Shown: positions 1-13,819 of the stretch, one piece after another
Layout of the letters: every line of letters starts with the position of its first letter
How positions within the stretch are numbered: the stretch's first letter is position 1
Program-made: the position numbers and the translations under genes
Notes under the pieces: generated by a model
What the model saw: only the letters and a program-made list of their open reading frames with translations
Told to the model about the DNA's origin: nothing
Databases searched by the model: none
DNA from: the human T2T-CHM13v2.0 reference genome, Homo sapiens
Reading direction: 5' to 3' (one strand)
DNA: 64,000 nt
Assembly: GCF_009914755.1 (NCBI RefSeq)
Contig: NC_060940.1

Positions 1-189
1 AGCTGTCCTTGCCCCACATTCCTCATGCCTGGCTGCCGATTTGCTCTGGGCTCCACCTGATGCTAGCCCACTGGACACATGACATCATCTGCACTTCTCT
101 TTGCATGAGAGTTCAAAGCTGACTGTGTTTTCTAGCCCCCAGCCCCTGCTCCATTTGGAGAGTATTTACTATCTGTGGGGTAGCTTGTA

Positions 190-240
190 TTCATTCATTC
201 ATTCACTCACTCACTCACTCACTCACTCACTCACTCACTC
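190..240. repeat. (TTCA)n/(CTCA)n tetranucleotide microsatellite, probably grown from an L2 3' tail
   Basis: tcattcattcattcactcactcactc... seen directly. Confidence 0.9.
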
Positions 241-1954
241 TTATTTTCCCTGAGCAAAGAGCCACATCCTGGAACATAACAGTGTCATGCCTTTGTTTGG
301 TTCTTTTATGGCCTAGCTGAGGAGTAAGGAGAATATGCTCTGTCGTTCATTCATTCATTCTCCAAATATGTCTTGAGCACTTATAATATGTGAGAAATCT
401 CTCTTTTGTAGGCTGTGGGGCTACAGGGAAGAGCAGGACAGATTGGTCCTTGCCTTATGAGACTCTTAGGCCAGAAGAATTAAGATGATCTTAATTCAAG
501 ATGATCCACCTGTTCCCAGGTTGCATCCACTACACAGCACTGCAGGGCTCTGCTTGAGAGCATTGTCCTTTGGGATGCTAAATGGTAAGGAGCAACTTGG
601 ATTGCCCAGTCATAGTCATGCTAATCAGGAAAGGCTTCCTGGAGGAGGAGATACATCACTTCTGCAGGGTACATGAGCAATTTCTGGTGTCCACTGTCCC
701 CACCCTTCTGATTCTCCATCCATGGGAAAATGCAAACATGTGACAGCCACAAACCTGCCCCAGAGCCAGACAGAATAGATTCATCAGCCTGAACCTGCAC
801 TAGCCAGAAAAAGCGTTCCCGAAACTACATTGCTGGGTGTCATCTAAGTCGGCAGATGATTTACTGCTGACAGCCCTTGGCGCAACATCACTAGTTCTGG
901 GAAGGAGTAAATTAAACATTATATTTTCATTGGATACATCCATTTCATGGCTCCTTTTAAAATCATCTGCATGACACATCCTGTCACTTAACAGTATTTG
1001 CACCTGTTCCCTGAATATCAAAGATTGTGCCATAAAACACTCTTAAGGCTACAAGAGACACAGGGAAAAGAGCATCTCAGGACACCAGAAAACACAGCCT
1101 CTGCTGGAAGACTCCTCTCTTTTATTGACTCCAAGTTTGCAATGGGTAAGACAAAAGCTGTGGATTCCTCCTTACAGCATATCTGCTCACCTGAGCCTCA
1201 ACAGCCATCAGAACCCTCAAACCTCCATGAAACTCACACACACACACAAATTGAGAGGCAAAAATAAAATAGCATTTCCTTTGCAACTATTTATTTCAGC
1301 AAGGAAAACCGGAAAATTCACTTCTGTGATGAATCACAGATTTTTTTTTCTCCAGCAGATTTCCCTTCATTTAAGCAGGCACACTTTCCCTAAATCCCTG
1401 GCACACTCCAAATATCCAGGCAGAGAACTCTGGGCTGTGCCAGGTGTCAATGCCTACTTTGGGGAGGTGGGGGGAGGTCCCCTTCTAATTCTTCTATGTC
1501 CAGGTTGAAGCCCAGCCAATTACTAAGCCCTCGAGAAAGAAACAATGGCTAATTAAGATGAACTTTAAGCGGGGGAGAGGACTTAATTAATTTGATCTTT
1601 ATCTGAAACTCTTTCTAATTGAAGTAAACTTTAGAAGTTCTATGGATCAATGCGCTCAGACTATTTGTAAAAAATGTACATATAGTGCTTCTTTATAAAG
1701 CAGAAGGTTGATAAACCGGATATTAGCTAGTGGATTAAATTAACACTGACCTTCAGTCCCCTTCCCCAAGCACAACTGTTTGTGAAAGTGCTCATTTACT
1801 CACAGAAATAGAAAATTTGGGCTGTAACAGATCTGACGTAGGTGGAAAGGGGCTGGGGGGACAATAATGCACTTTAAAACAGACAGGTGGGATTCTTGGC
1901 ATTTCTCTGATTATTCTTAAACTATTCTACTTATTTCTCCATTGATTTATGTAT

Positions 1955-2500
1955 TTGCATATTCATTTCTCCTATAAACATTTATTGAGCAACTATGATG
2001 TGCTAAGGACCATTTGTGGGCATAGAGTGAAAAGTGGCAGGGTGATTCTCTGCTTTCCTGGAGTTTATATTCCAGTTGAGGGAGAGAAACAATGACCACA
2101 TAGAGAAATACGGAAATACATCATTTTGGCTGGAGGATGGGATGCAGTGGCTAAGGTTAGGCGACTGTTTGATCAGGATGGTTGGAGATGGGCTTTCTGC
2201 AGAGGTGAAAGTTAAGGTCAATCTTGAACTTTGAGAAGATATTTAAAATATGCAGCTCTTAGGAGATTCTAAGATCCAGCCCAGGTGATATCCATGGGTT
2301 AGCCCAGGAGTATGAGTCCAACCAACCTTGGGTTGCATGGCAGACAGAAGGAAGGCCAGTGTTGAGGCTTACAGGAAGGGTGGTACAAAGTGGAGTATCA
2401 GGGAAGGCAGAACCCATGTCCAGGAGAGTTTGGTGCATATGTGGATTTTCTTTGGGTACAATGGAAACCACTGAAAAGGTTTTGTGACAGAGTGATCTTT
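1955..2500 (-). mobile_element. LINE-2 fragment(s)
   Basis: attcatt...aaacatttattgagcaactatgatgtgctagg is the typical L2 3' end in reverse, followed by degenerate L2-like sequence; boundaries approximate. Confidence 0.6.
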
Positions 2501-2869
2501 GTCTGATGTCTCTCTCTATATATATACTTAAAGGTCACCAAAGAATAGATTATAGGGGAATAAGAATAAAGGAGAAAGCTGCTCCCATTCTGCTAAAACA
2601 TCCACCAGAGAAGATACGGGGCTTCCTGAAATGGAAGAAAGAAATTTCTCAATTTTCTGAGGGCTGTGAATTTGGCTGCAGGACACGCTGCTGCTTCATG
2701 AGGCAGAGTGGGGATGCCGTTGGTCAGCCCATGAGTTCAGTGGAAATGTAGGCCCATCTGTGGGCTCTGAGGGCAGCAGCACCTGCAGATCTCCGAAGGA
2801 GGCTCCTGGTACTCCCCCAATCTACCTAGAATTCGCTTCTTATGCAACGTTGTCTCTCGAGAAGGAGCC

Positions 2870-3270
2870 AGTCACCCTGGACTCTAATCCCAGCTCCTTC
2901 ACTAATGGTGTGGCTTTGGGCAAATGAATGAATGTGCCTCCAGCTTCTAGGGTTGCATGGGAAAAATGGGACTTTTAACACTTATTCCATAGAGCTGTTG
3001 TGAACATTAAATGATATAAAACTATAGTAGTGTTTGGCAGGGCTTGGCACTTAATAAATAATGGGTGACGTTTATAGAGTATTTGCTATAGCTCTGTGTT
3101 AAGTGTTTTATATATTGATTATCTCATTGAATCCTCACGAGAACCCCATGCAGGAGGTACTGTTTTTATTTTCCTTTTAAAGATGAGCAGAGTGACGTTA
3201 AGAAACAGTCTGAGATCACAGTCCAGTAAATGAAGAAGATGGGATTTGAACCCAGTCCAGTTCCAAGAGG
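2870..3270. mobile_element. Two MIR fragments in opposite orientations
   Basis: ctctaatcccagctcc...ttgggcaaatg...gttgtgaacattaaatga, then aatcctcac...agatgag...gggatttgaacccag core motifs. Confidence 0.6.
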
Positions 3271-3516
3271 TGGGGTTAGACCCAGGTGACTAACTGAGGA
3301 GTCTGATCTCGATCTCTTTTGCTCACTCACACACTTGGTAGCCGTTATTAGGGTCATTACTGTCCGTTTGTTTACTCAGTGATGCAAGGCACAGCTGTTC
3401 TGTGCCAATCACTGTGTTGGCAGCATCTACATACAGTGATTCTCCTCGATGCCTGCCCTACCAGAATTCTCCACCAGGAAAATTCCACAGCGCAGTCTTG
3501 GGAGGTGTCGGAGTGG

Positions 3517-3606
3517 ATGGAATCCATCACACCTCAAGGTAGGGGAATGGAATCCATCACACCACAAGGTAGGGGAATGGAATCCATCACACCTCAAGGT
3601 AGGGGA
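3517..3606. repeat. 30-bp minisatellite, 3 copies
   Basis: atggaatccatcacacc(t/a)caaggtagggga at 3517, 3547 and 3577; one mismatch overall. Confidence 0.95.
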
Positions 3607-3608
3607 AC

Positions 3609-3700
3609 CGCAAATACAAGATGCCCAGTTAAATTTGAATTTCAGATAAACAGCAAGTAATGTCTAGTATGTCCCAAATATCACATCCTGCATTTTATCC
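3609..3700. mobile_element. MER53-like hAT MITE fragment
   Basis: caaatacaagatgcccagttaaatttgaatttcagataaac...gtatgtcccaaata matches the recalled MER53 consensus. Confidence 0.6.
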
Positions 3701-3819
3701 AGAGGAAGAGAGGGAAAGGGCTACAAGAACATGGAGGCTAGAGAGGAGAGGCCCAGTCAGTGACAGCTTCACAGAAAGCAAGCAATGTGCTAAGAATGAG
3801 AAGGAGACGGCTTAGCTGA

Positions 3820-4164
<345 letters not shown>

Positions 4165-4227
4165 TAGAGACCAAGACTTGGTCCTGGGTGACCAAGAACT
4201 TGAACATCTTGTTAAAAAAAGGTCTTT

Positions 4228-4525
4228 GGACCTGGCACGGTGGCTCACACCTGTAGTCCCAGCACTTTGGGAGGCTGAGGCAGGCAGATCACCTGAGGTC
4301 AGAGGTTTGCGACCAACCTGGGCAACATGGTGAAACGCCATCTCTACTAAAAATACGAAAATTAGCCGGGTGTGGTAGCACATGCCTGTAATCCCAGCTA
4401 CTCAGGAGGCTGAGGTAGGAGAATTGCTTTAACCCCAGGAGGCGGAGGTTGCATTGAGCCAAGATCGCTCCACTGCACTCCAGCCTGGGCAACAGAGTGA
4501 GACTTCACCTCAAAAGAAATAATAA
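4228..4525 (+). mobile_element. AluS-like, full length
   Basis: ggcacggtggctcacacctgta...gatcacctgaggtcag...cactgcactccagcctgggcaacagag plus a short A tail. Confidence 0.95.
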
Positions 4526-5147
4526 GGAAAAAGGGTATTTGCTTTTATGGCTAAAGGCATCACTGAGTGTTTCTAAGAAGAGTATCGGCACTCAGGGGGT
4601 CACCAACTGGCCATTTTGAAGGTCCCTAGGAGACAAAGTGTTAAGTGACTGGGTCACTCTGTGGATTCAGTTAGGAAGGGAATCTTCTTTTCTTGATTAT
4701 GCTTGTGATTTGAGAAAAACAGTAAGTTTGCTGCGTAAAAAGGCAATAAGGAGGTGCCCAGGAATTCTTTGCCACAGATAAAAAGAAAGAGAACAAAACT
4801 ATATTAAATACCTCCTATGAGCCAGACATTGTGCTGGGTGCTGGGGATAACATGGGAAGCGGAAACAGACCTTTCTGTTTTCTAGAGGACACAGACAAAG
4901 AATTCCACAAATAAATGTACAATTGCATGGTGCTAAGGTCGACACACGGGTACTGAGCTTGTGGGTATCTAGGGGGATTCATCTAGGCGGGGTCAAGGTG
5001 GACTTGAAGGTCGTGGCAGGGGGTATAAAGAGCTCAGAGGTGAGAGGCCAGTGGAGAAAAGGAGTAGGAATGTCACCCTGTAGTCAGCTCACCGGACCCC
5101 ATAGTCCCTGCCAAAGGGTTCTAGTTTTTCCTTCAATAGGCAATTGG

Positions 5148-5426
5148 GGCCGGGTGCAGTGGCTCACGCCTGTAATCCCAGTACTTTGGGAGGCCGAGGT
5201 GAACAGATCATGAGGTCAGGAGATCAAGACCATCCTGGTTAACACGATGAAACCCCATCTCTACTAAAAATACAAAAAATTAGCCAGGCTTGGTGGCAAG
5301 CGCCTGTAGTCCCAGTCACTCGGGAGGCTGGGGCAGGAGAATGGTGTGAACCTGGGAGGCAGAGCTTGCAGTGAGTGGAGATCAGCCACTGCATTCCAGC
5401 CTGGGTGACAGCGCGAGACTCCATCT

Positions 5427-5453
<27 letters not shown>
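5148..5453 (+). mobile_element. AluY-like, full length
   Basis: ggccgggtgcagtggctcacgcc; AluY-type gagatcaagaccatcctggttaacacg and gaatggtgtgaacc...gagcttgcag; long poly-A; TSD aggcaa(t/a)tgg. Confidence 0.95.
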
Positions 5454-5457
<4 letters not shown>

Positions 5458-6545
5458 AATGGGGCACTAGTGATGATAAGAGTTCAACAGAAAAGTCAGT
5501 CTAGTCCCGGGGGTTCAACTGGAAGGGGGGATGACATGGAGAGGCTGCAGGGAGCCCAGTTAGAATGTCACGAATGGTGTCCCAGGGGAGAAAAGAGGAC
5601 CGTGGTTATGTCAGGGACTCAGGCTGGAAAGGAGTAGGTTGGAATTATTATGGGTTGTTTTTCATTTTTTAAATACATCTCTGTGTTGTTTCCTATGTAA
5701 AACTGTATCACCGATGCAACTTTTTACAGACAAATTAAAAAGATTAAAAGAAGGGAAAGGAATAAACTTCAGCTTGCAAGACCCATGGAGACAATGTGAG
5801 TGAAGATGAAAGGAGAGAGACAAAGAAGTGGCCGAGTTTTGGAAACGCACACGCTCCCATGGGCACCGGAAAGGGTGCGTCTGGTGATGGGACCGTACCT
5901 TGCGGCAAGCAGCTGGCACCGAGGTGAGCTGAGGGCTCTGAAGAGACCTCTCCACAGTCTGTGCCACTCCCTGGAGACTCACTCCCCTCACACCGGGCAT
6001 CTGAGAGCAACATCTTTGCTGACAACAGAGTTTCCCAGAGGGTTAAGGAAATAACGAGGGGACCTGCAATCCCAGGGGAAGGAATTTTTAGTTAAGTAGA
6101 AGTGATATGACCTTGGGGGAAAGTGACCATGAACTTACAGCTACCGAATTCCTCCCTTTTATTGCCTACGGCGGGGTCAGAGAGAGGTGGGTAGATATTT
6201 ATTGAGTACTTACTATATGCCTGTAGAACACCCAGAACGTTCCAGAGCGTATGCATCTTCACACTGAGAATATAAGCTCCACTAAGGGAGGGATATTGTT
6301 TTCTTTGCTGTGGACCTTCCGTGCTTACAACAGAGCATGCTCTCAGTAAAGGTTAGCTTATGTTATGTGAATTTTGCTTTTACATGACTTCTGACAATTT
6401 ACTTTAAATTCAGTGTGCCTCAATGTTCCCATCTGTAAAATGTGGGCATGAGTAGCGCCCATTTCATAGGATAAAATGAAATGCTGCATTTCGTCATTCT
6501 GCCTTCTCATTGCCAGGGTGTGGTAAACAGAACCTGTTGGTATTA

Positions 6546-6786
6546 CAGTTGGTCTTTGAGCAACATGGGTTTGAATTGTGTGGGTCTGCTTATATGTGGT
6601 TTTGTTTTCAACCAAATATGGATTGAAAACACAATATTTACAGGAGGTGAAATCTGTGTGTACGAAGCGCTGACTTTCATTATATTCGGATTCTGCAGGG
6701 CCGACTTTGGGACTCGAGTATGCATGGATTTTGGTATTAGCAGGGGGCCCTAGAACCAATCCCCCATGTGTACCAATGGATTACTG
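6546..6786 (-). mobile_element. MER8 (TcMar-Tigger MITE)
   Basis: cagttggtctttgagcaacatgggtttgaa ... aaccaatcccccatgtgtaccaatggattactg; CAG..CTG ends with TA target duplications. Confidence 0.85.
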
Positions 6787-7023
6787 TATTATTATTACAA
6801 TGACCATATAAGCAAGCATTATCTTTATGTTATACAAATAAGAATCGGAGGTCCAGGAAGGCTAAGTAATTGAGTCGAAAACACCTAGGTAGTAAGCAGC
6901 AGAGTCCAGATGCAAAGTTCTGTGCAGGGCACCCACCACCTCTACAGAAAGGGGAGGAGGCACAGGCGACAGTCAGACGGGCACTCCTGGAAAGGTAATA
7001 ATGAAGGAAAGGTGAAGGGGGAC

Positions 7024-7483
7024 TGTATTTGTTTTCTGCAGTTTCTATTACAAATGGCCACAAACTTGGTGGCTTAAAACAACACAAATCTATTCTCTTA
7101 CAGTTCTGGAGGCCAGAAGTCCTTAAGCAAGGTGTCAGCAGGATCATGCTCCTTCTGAAGGGTCTAGGGGAGTATCTGCTCTTGCCTCTTTGAGCTTCTG
7201 GTGGTTTCTGGCAATCATTGGTGCTCTGTGGCTTATAGACACGTGCTCCAATCTCTGCCTCCATCTTCACCTGGCATTCTCCCCTGTTCCTTCTTCTCTC
7301 CCCTTCTCTTATAAAGACTGTTTTTCTTGGAATTAGAGCCTAACCCAATCCGGGATGGTCTCAACTTGAGACCCTTAATTTCATTATCTCTGCCAAGACT
7401 CTTTTTACAAATAAGGTCACTTTCACAGGTTCTGGGCAACATGTCTTTTCTTGGGGTGGGGGAACACCGTTCAATCCACTACA
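7024..7483 (-). mobile_element. MLT1 (ERVL-MaLR) solo LTR, MLT1C/D-like
   Basis: cacaaacttggtggcttaaaacaacacaaatctattctcttacagttctggaggccagaagtcc ... ttcaatccactaca; TG..CA termini. Confidence 0.85.
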
Positions 7484-7818
7484 CAGGCAAATACTTTCAA
7501 GAGTAAATAAAACAAAGAAACCTGATTTGGAAAGACAGACGGCTGGAATCAACTCTGAGCGACAACCGTGCATGCAACTGGCATTATCACGTGCTTCCAG
7601 CTGGCAGATGCTCTGCTAAAAACGTTGCCTTCAGATGCAATCTCATGGAACCCTTACTACAGCTGTGTGACTCAGGTATGATCATAATCGTGTCTTTACC
7701 CAGGAGGCTCATGAAGCTCAGAGAGAGGAAGCAACTGGCTCAGGGTCCCACAGCTAGTAAGTGGAAAGCAGGATTTGAATGTGGATGGGCTGTCTCAGGA
7801 GCCCTGGCTTCCTTAAGG

Positions 7819-7862
7819 CACACAGACACACACACAGATGCCCACACACAGATACCCAGACA

Positions 7863-7899
<37 letters not shown>

Positions 7900-7912
7900 C
7901 ACACACACACAG
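7819..7912. repeat. (CA)n-rich microsatellite
   Basis: Interrupted CA runs seen directly. Confidence 0.9.
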
Positions 7913-8374
7913 ACCTTTTGAGTACTGGTTAAAAACTAGAAGAACAAAGCAAGATATAAATGCACTGTTTGAGGCAGATGTGCAAAGTTAAAGTGAGAAG
8001 GCAGGAAGGCAGGAAGACCCAGTTCTTCACTAGCTTTTGTCTTATTCATCAAAGGAATGAGCTTAAACCAGAAAGAGCAGAACAAACATGGCTAGGAAGG
8101 GAACAGAAGATACGTGAAATGATACAGACGGCCCCAGTCTAGGCAAATGGATTCAAGTCTTCAAGGAAGGTATCTTACCAGGATCCCCACACTCTGATCT
8201 TGTGTGACACTGATACTCCATAACATTGAACAAGGAGAGGCAGATGAAAGGTTTAACCTGCAAGATCTTGCTTCTGACAACCAGGGTCTGACCACTGACT
8301 CCATCACTTAGCCTGTTGTGCCACCTTTGGCAACCACTTTACCAATTTCAACCTCAATTTTTAATCCACAAAAT

Positions 8375-8490
8375 ATAGTTTTGCCCATAAAGTCTGAAGA
8401 CTTCAATAATTTATTATTTTTTATAGACTGAAGATTTTCTTGATGATATTATGCCTATTTCCCCTTGTTTCCAGAATTTATGCCTCCCTG
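8375..8490. mobile_element. Small Tc1/mariner-like MITE inserted in a MIR
   Basis: Imperfect terminal inverted repeats cccataaagtctgaagac / gtttccagaatttatgcc interrupting MIR-like sequence. Confidence 0.35.
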
Positions 8491-8838
8491 CAGAAATAAT
8501 AACAGTATCAACCTCATAGGGCTGTAGTGAGGCTTAAATGCACTAAAATGTATAAAAGTACTTATCATGATACCTAGCATACTAGGGGCTCCATAAATTT
8601 AAGATGTTTTGTCCAATCCACTTTCTAAAAAAGTTGATGAACAGGGTTCTACCCCCATTTAAACTTTTTCCATCCCAAATTGCAGCATTTAAAAATCTGC
8701 AATATATCTAATTTAGCACAACACCTATATTTAATGAATTTCTGTTGGATATAGCAACATTTTATACACTTCAACAGACGTGAGCACGACATTAAATTTT
8801 CTACACCCTAAATTAGTTTTAGAGACAGTAAACTAGGG

Positions 8839-9062
8839 CAGGGCTTGGAAAACTTGTTCTGTAAAAGGCCAGATAACAAATATTTTAGGCTCTGTAGATC
8901 ACATACGGTTTCTGCTGCAACTGTTTAACTCTGCAGTTCTAGCAGGAAAGCAGCCACAGGAGTATGTAAATGCAGGAGCATGGCTGTGTTCCAATAAAAC
9001 TTTATTTACAAAAGTGGATGAAGGCTGCATTTGGCATGCAGGCTATCGTTTGCTGACTCCTG
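8839..9062 (+). mobile_element. MER58A (hAT-Charlie MITE)
   Basis: cagggcttggaaaacttgttctgtaaaaggccagata...tgtgttccaataaaactttatttaca...tttgctgactcctg; 8-bp TSD a(a/c)ctaggg at 8831-8838 and 9063-9070. Confidence 0.9.
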
Positions 9063-12000
9063 ACCTAGGGTGCTGAGAAAATTGGCAAATATCACCAGTA
9101 ATTCTTGAGGCATCCAGAGACACAGGGTAGTATCTGGGAGCCTCTGAACAGGAAATGAATAGATTTTCAGAAGAGAGAAACGCAGATGAAGGATTCCAGA
9201 TGGGATAAGCTGGATTTTGGTCCTGAGGCTGAGAATACCTTGCCCAAGGCAATTCATAACGTCCTAGCAGCTGTGGGGTTTGGACCCCGGCATTCTGGCC
9301 TCACAGTCTGCATACTGAACTACTGTACTTCACAGCCCCAGCCCAGAACAGGGGGTGGCATGCAGTACAGGGGAAATCTCTGGGTGTGAAGCAAAAGTGG
9401 ATTGGATTTTTAAATTGTAAAAAGGTTTTTAAAAGCCTGCTTTCTAAAGAATGGCTTGGGGCAGGGGCTTTAGGGGGAAAACAGGGAGACCAGTTCGGTA
9501 GTGCCTGTGGTGGAGGGTATAGAACTAGTTCCCAGGCTTGGCACAACCCCTGACTTCTTGTACACATTCCCGTTTTCTGGGTAGTTCTCTCACAATGACA
9601 TTTATTATCATATGGCCTTTGTTATCAGAGTTGTGCTTTATATTCTTAAAGCGCTTTTGCTCTTTGATGTACCTATTTTCTCATTGATAGTCTCTCTTGG
9701 AGGCAGATGGGTCTGGGGATGGCAGTGTCCATGCACGGACAAAGCCATGAGTTATTATAAGACAAGAGATAAAGCTGCAAGGTATTGATTTGACAAGGTC
9801 ACATAGCTAGCTTTTGGAAAAACTTGCTATAGGTGAGTCAGCTCCACCCAGGGTGGCCGAAAAGTAACTAAGGTGGAAATAGTGTTTTTCTGGCTATCAT
9901 TAAGCGTTCTCTCTCTCTATCCAAATGATACACATTTTTGTTCATCGTCATAATGTTGCTTGACAAGCCTCGTACTGTCGCAGGGACTGTGCCACAAGTG
10001 CTGACCGCTTTATCTCTTTTAATCTTCACAAGTCCCTGAGGAAGATACTCTTAGAAGCTGATCTTATAAAGGAGGAAACTGAAGCCCTGTCATTGACAAA
10101 CAGGCATTTGCAATAACATTCATTCCTATGTAACTATCCTTTACAGAGTGTTCTTTCCATCACCATTTGATCGCCAGAAAATCCTGCTAGGTGCCAACCA
10201 GACTTACGTGCAAACCTTAGCTTTGCTGTTTCCTTAATGCATGATAACCTGAACAAACTCCTGAAATTCCCTTGAGCCTCAATTTCCTTCTCTGTGCAAT
10301 GGGCATAAGAATTCCCAACCCTTTGAGTTGTAAGGATTAAGTGAAATAGCAAAAGTTGCTTTCATCCCTGCAGCATGCATTAAGAAAATCCTATGGAAGT
10401 GATTAGCACCTGACATAGGGTAGGTGCCTAGTAATATATTGCCGCCCTGGGAGTCTCTTATTTTTTCTTCGCTTATTTTCAGAGGGCATTGCCTGGCCAA
10501 TATCATCCTCATTATATATAAGCTCAAACAAGTGCAAATCAGAGCTCCTTTTTTTTTTAAAAAAAGAAATCAGTTTCTGCATTTGGAAGAGCCTAGAGAC
10601 AAGGAAATGCAACTTGAGGCATTTAGGGCAACTCCAATTTTGGGGGCCACTTGGTTGTGCTGGAGAGGGAAACAGGGGCAAAAGGAGAATTTGAAATCCC
10701 CACAGGTTCCTGGGAAACAATGGAAGTCACAGGGTGGGGCCCTTGCATGAGAATACATTCTTTTGATTTTGTTTTGTCTTTTTGATTGGCTGCCAGTTTC
10801 TTAATGCAATATGAGAGCAAGAGGGAGCTAATTCTCTTCAGAGCCTAAAATCCCTCGAGCCGAGCTGGCACTTGAACGAAGACAAAGCTTATTGAGATTG
10901 GGCAGGGAAGTTGTCACTGTGTGATTTGGGAGTCTTTCATTTGGCCAATATAACTCCATTAGATTTTGGAAGTGAACCCAGGTAGCAGGGAGGGTTCTGG
11001 AAGTAACATTCTCCAACCAGCTTGTAATTAAAATGGAACCCTTTGAAGAACTGGTCCTCTCTCAATTGCTCCAGCCTCTCTCTGTCAGATTGAATGCCAG
11101 GAAGCCGCTGCCTTAAGCTTTGGCTAGTTTTCTGCCAAGGCGTTTAACTCTCAGTTTTGTGTTGCTTGTGTTAGTGCTAAGGGCATAACTGGGTACAGAA
11201 TCTGGTACATCATTGCATCTGTCATTGTGTCTGTCTTTAGCTCTTCCTAATAACCACAGCTCTGAAACATGAAGGAGCTGTTTTGCAAGCTGTATCTTTC
11301 ACACCCGCCCCCACTCACTCCGCAACTTGCCCCCTTCCTTCTGTGATTTTTTTTTTTTTAACCCATGTTTCACTTCCCACATTCTGGTTCTTGTTCTTCC
11401 TGGAGAACGGGACCAGGCAAGAAACACCAGGGCACATTAGGTTAAAGGAAACCTTATTTCCCCCTCTCTGCTAGAAAAGTCAGAGCTCTCAGAGTTGAGT
11501 GATCTTCAAAACCCAGTTCCTTATAAGAAGGGGGCTGCCAGTGAGTGACTGAGAAATGGATGGTAATAATCCGACTCTAGACCGACTAAACTGGAATTTG
11601 GAGAAGTGAGAGTTTGCATCAGTCTTTGCTTCCAGAAAGCTTTATATAGGAAGAAAGTGCCACGCAAATGAGATTTCACAACACCGGTATCTGGTAATTT
11701 TGGTTGCATTTCTTCTGGGTCCGTGGTGGAATTCACAGAGAAAAATGCAAGAGGGAAATTGTTGCATTGTAATCTGCTTTCCAAAATCTCCGTCTAGAGT
11801 CCCCCAAAATTAAAAAAACTGTACATTAAGCAACAAAGTGGAAAAAAGACATTATCCAGAAATATGATGGAAGTGGTTCATATCAGTCACGGTGTCTTCC
11901 CCCATCTGAATAACCCTCTAAACACCCTTATCTCCCACACTGTGTTAGGAATGAGAGACATCTGTTCATCTTCTGTAAAGTGAAAATAAAGCATCTTAGA

Positions 12001-13819
12001 AAACTGTACTATTCTTATTGATCTATAGTATATAATCTAATTAAAACCAGTATGCCTTCTACTTAAATACAGCTTCAAAACAAATTCAAAACAAATTTAA
12101 CATCTCTCTCTTCCAACTCGATTATCTTTCCTACTCACTTCCTACATGGAAATGTTGGTTATATGGTTAATATCCATACAGCATAAAGAACAGACACACC
12201 ATACAATAAACATTAAGTCATCATAAAAAAAAAACAGCAAAAGACTATGGATTAGGAAATGAGCAACTAATCAATTGGCAAAAATTCAACCTTACTGATT
12301 ATCAAAGAAATTTCAACGCACCATTTTTTACTAATCAAGTAGCAAGTCTATTTTCATACCGATTTATTCAAAGCAGGTAAAAGTATGGGCTGCAAAGGCT
12401 CTCATCCTCCTGCCATATCCCAAGAGGGCAAAGGTTATCTACACATGCCGCCTGCAATCCAATTTTATGGTTCAACATTCTTTATGCCCAGATCATTCCA
12501 AGCATAATTTGACGCTAGTGGGCATTTTGTTTTTGAGAACAAAATGTGTATGTGGTAGATATGTTAAGGAAACTAAAGCTCCAAACCCCCTCAGTTGTAT
12601 AGACTTCTTTGGAGATGCCAGGAAAGGCTCTTGCAATTTTCTATTTCTAATTTTGTTAGCAATCCAAACATTTTATAAGCTCTGAGTCTTGGAAATCCAG
12701 GCCCACCTTTGAGCAGAGTTGGAGGAATGGTGAGAGCCGTACAGGAATGCTCTGGCCATGATCATGGCTGGTAGCCTGAAGTTAAATCCAAAGGGCTTAG
12801 AGGAAGCCAAGAGAGGAGATACTGGGCCACCCACAGGGTGGGGAGGAACACCAGTGGGGAAAGACAGAGGTCAAGGCAGAGCAACCTGTATTGAAGATGT
12901 TCTGTTAGTGATCAAAGGGAGAGGTAGTCATCAAAACAGCTCCCCTTCACTGAACAGCCAGAAGGTGCCAGGCACAGTGCTTACAAATTTGAGGCATGAA
13001 CTTGGAAATCTGGCTCAGCTCCTCTAAGCAGGAATTGCCCTCCTCGGTGTATAAGTCAGGAATGTGTGGCTTGCAGAGATGAAGGGACTGGCTCCTGGTC
13101 ACCCAGTGCCTAGGCAGTTGGTTAAAAGTTAAACCTGGCCAGGCCTGCCTGACTCCAAAATTCCCATCCCTTCTGCAAAGCCACCTTCCTTATTGGACAA
13201 AATATTGCAAACCCCGGACATGAAGGCCAACCCTGTGAGTGGCGAACAATGGTAAGAAGCCATGTAAAGCTGTAAAACAAGGAGAAAAATGAACCTCTGG
13301 GCCCAGATGGGAAATGGCTTCAGATATTTCAAGAAACAAAGTGGGTTTGTTTGAGGATTGAAGCACCTCAGTTTCCCATTTATTCCTAACTCAGCAAGTG
13401 GATCCACAATGAAATCAAGTCCCTTAACAAATAGAGCTAATGCAGGCCTAATCCCACATGGAAGATGAAAAATGTGTCTTAATCTTTTGCCTGGCCTGGA
13501 AAACTAGACCTTGGAGTGTGTGTGACTGCCACTCCCATCAGTCAACATATACAGGCAGGAAGACTTGGGGTGAGGAACGGGGTGGTGTTGGATGAAATGG
13601 CTTCAGAGAAACCTTAAATGCCAGCTGGCCCCGCTTAGGGCATCAGAGTCATTCCAGCTGAACTGAAACAAGTATTTCTTAATCTCCTTCACCCTTCATG
13701 GCTTGGACTCCATCTACTAACTTTGAAGTTTGCCTTTCTTTCTTGATGTTATGGACTTGGTTTCCTCATCTGTAAAATGGATCAATACAGAACAGAAGGT
13801 TTCCAAGACATCCACCGCT

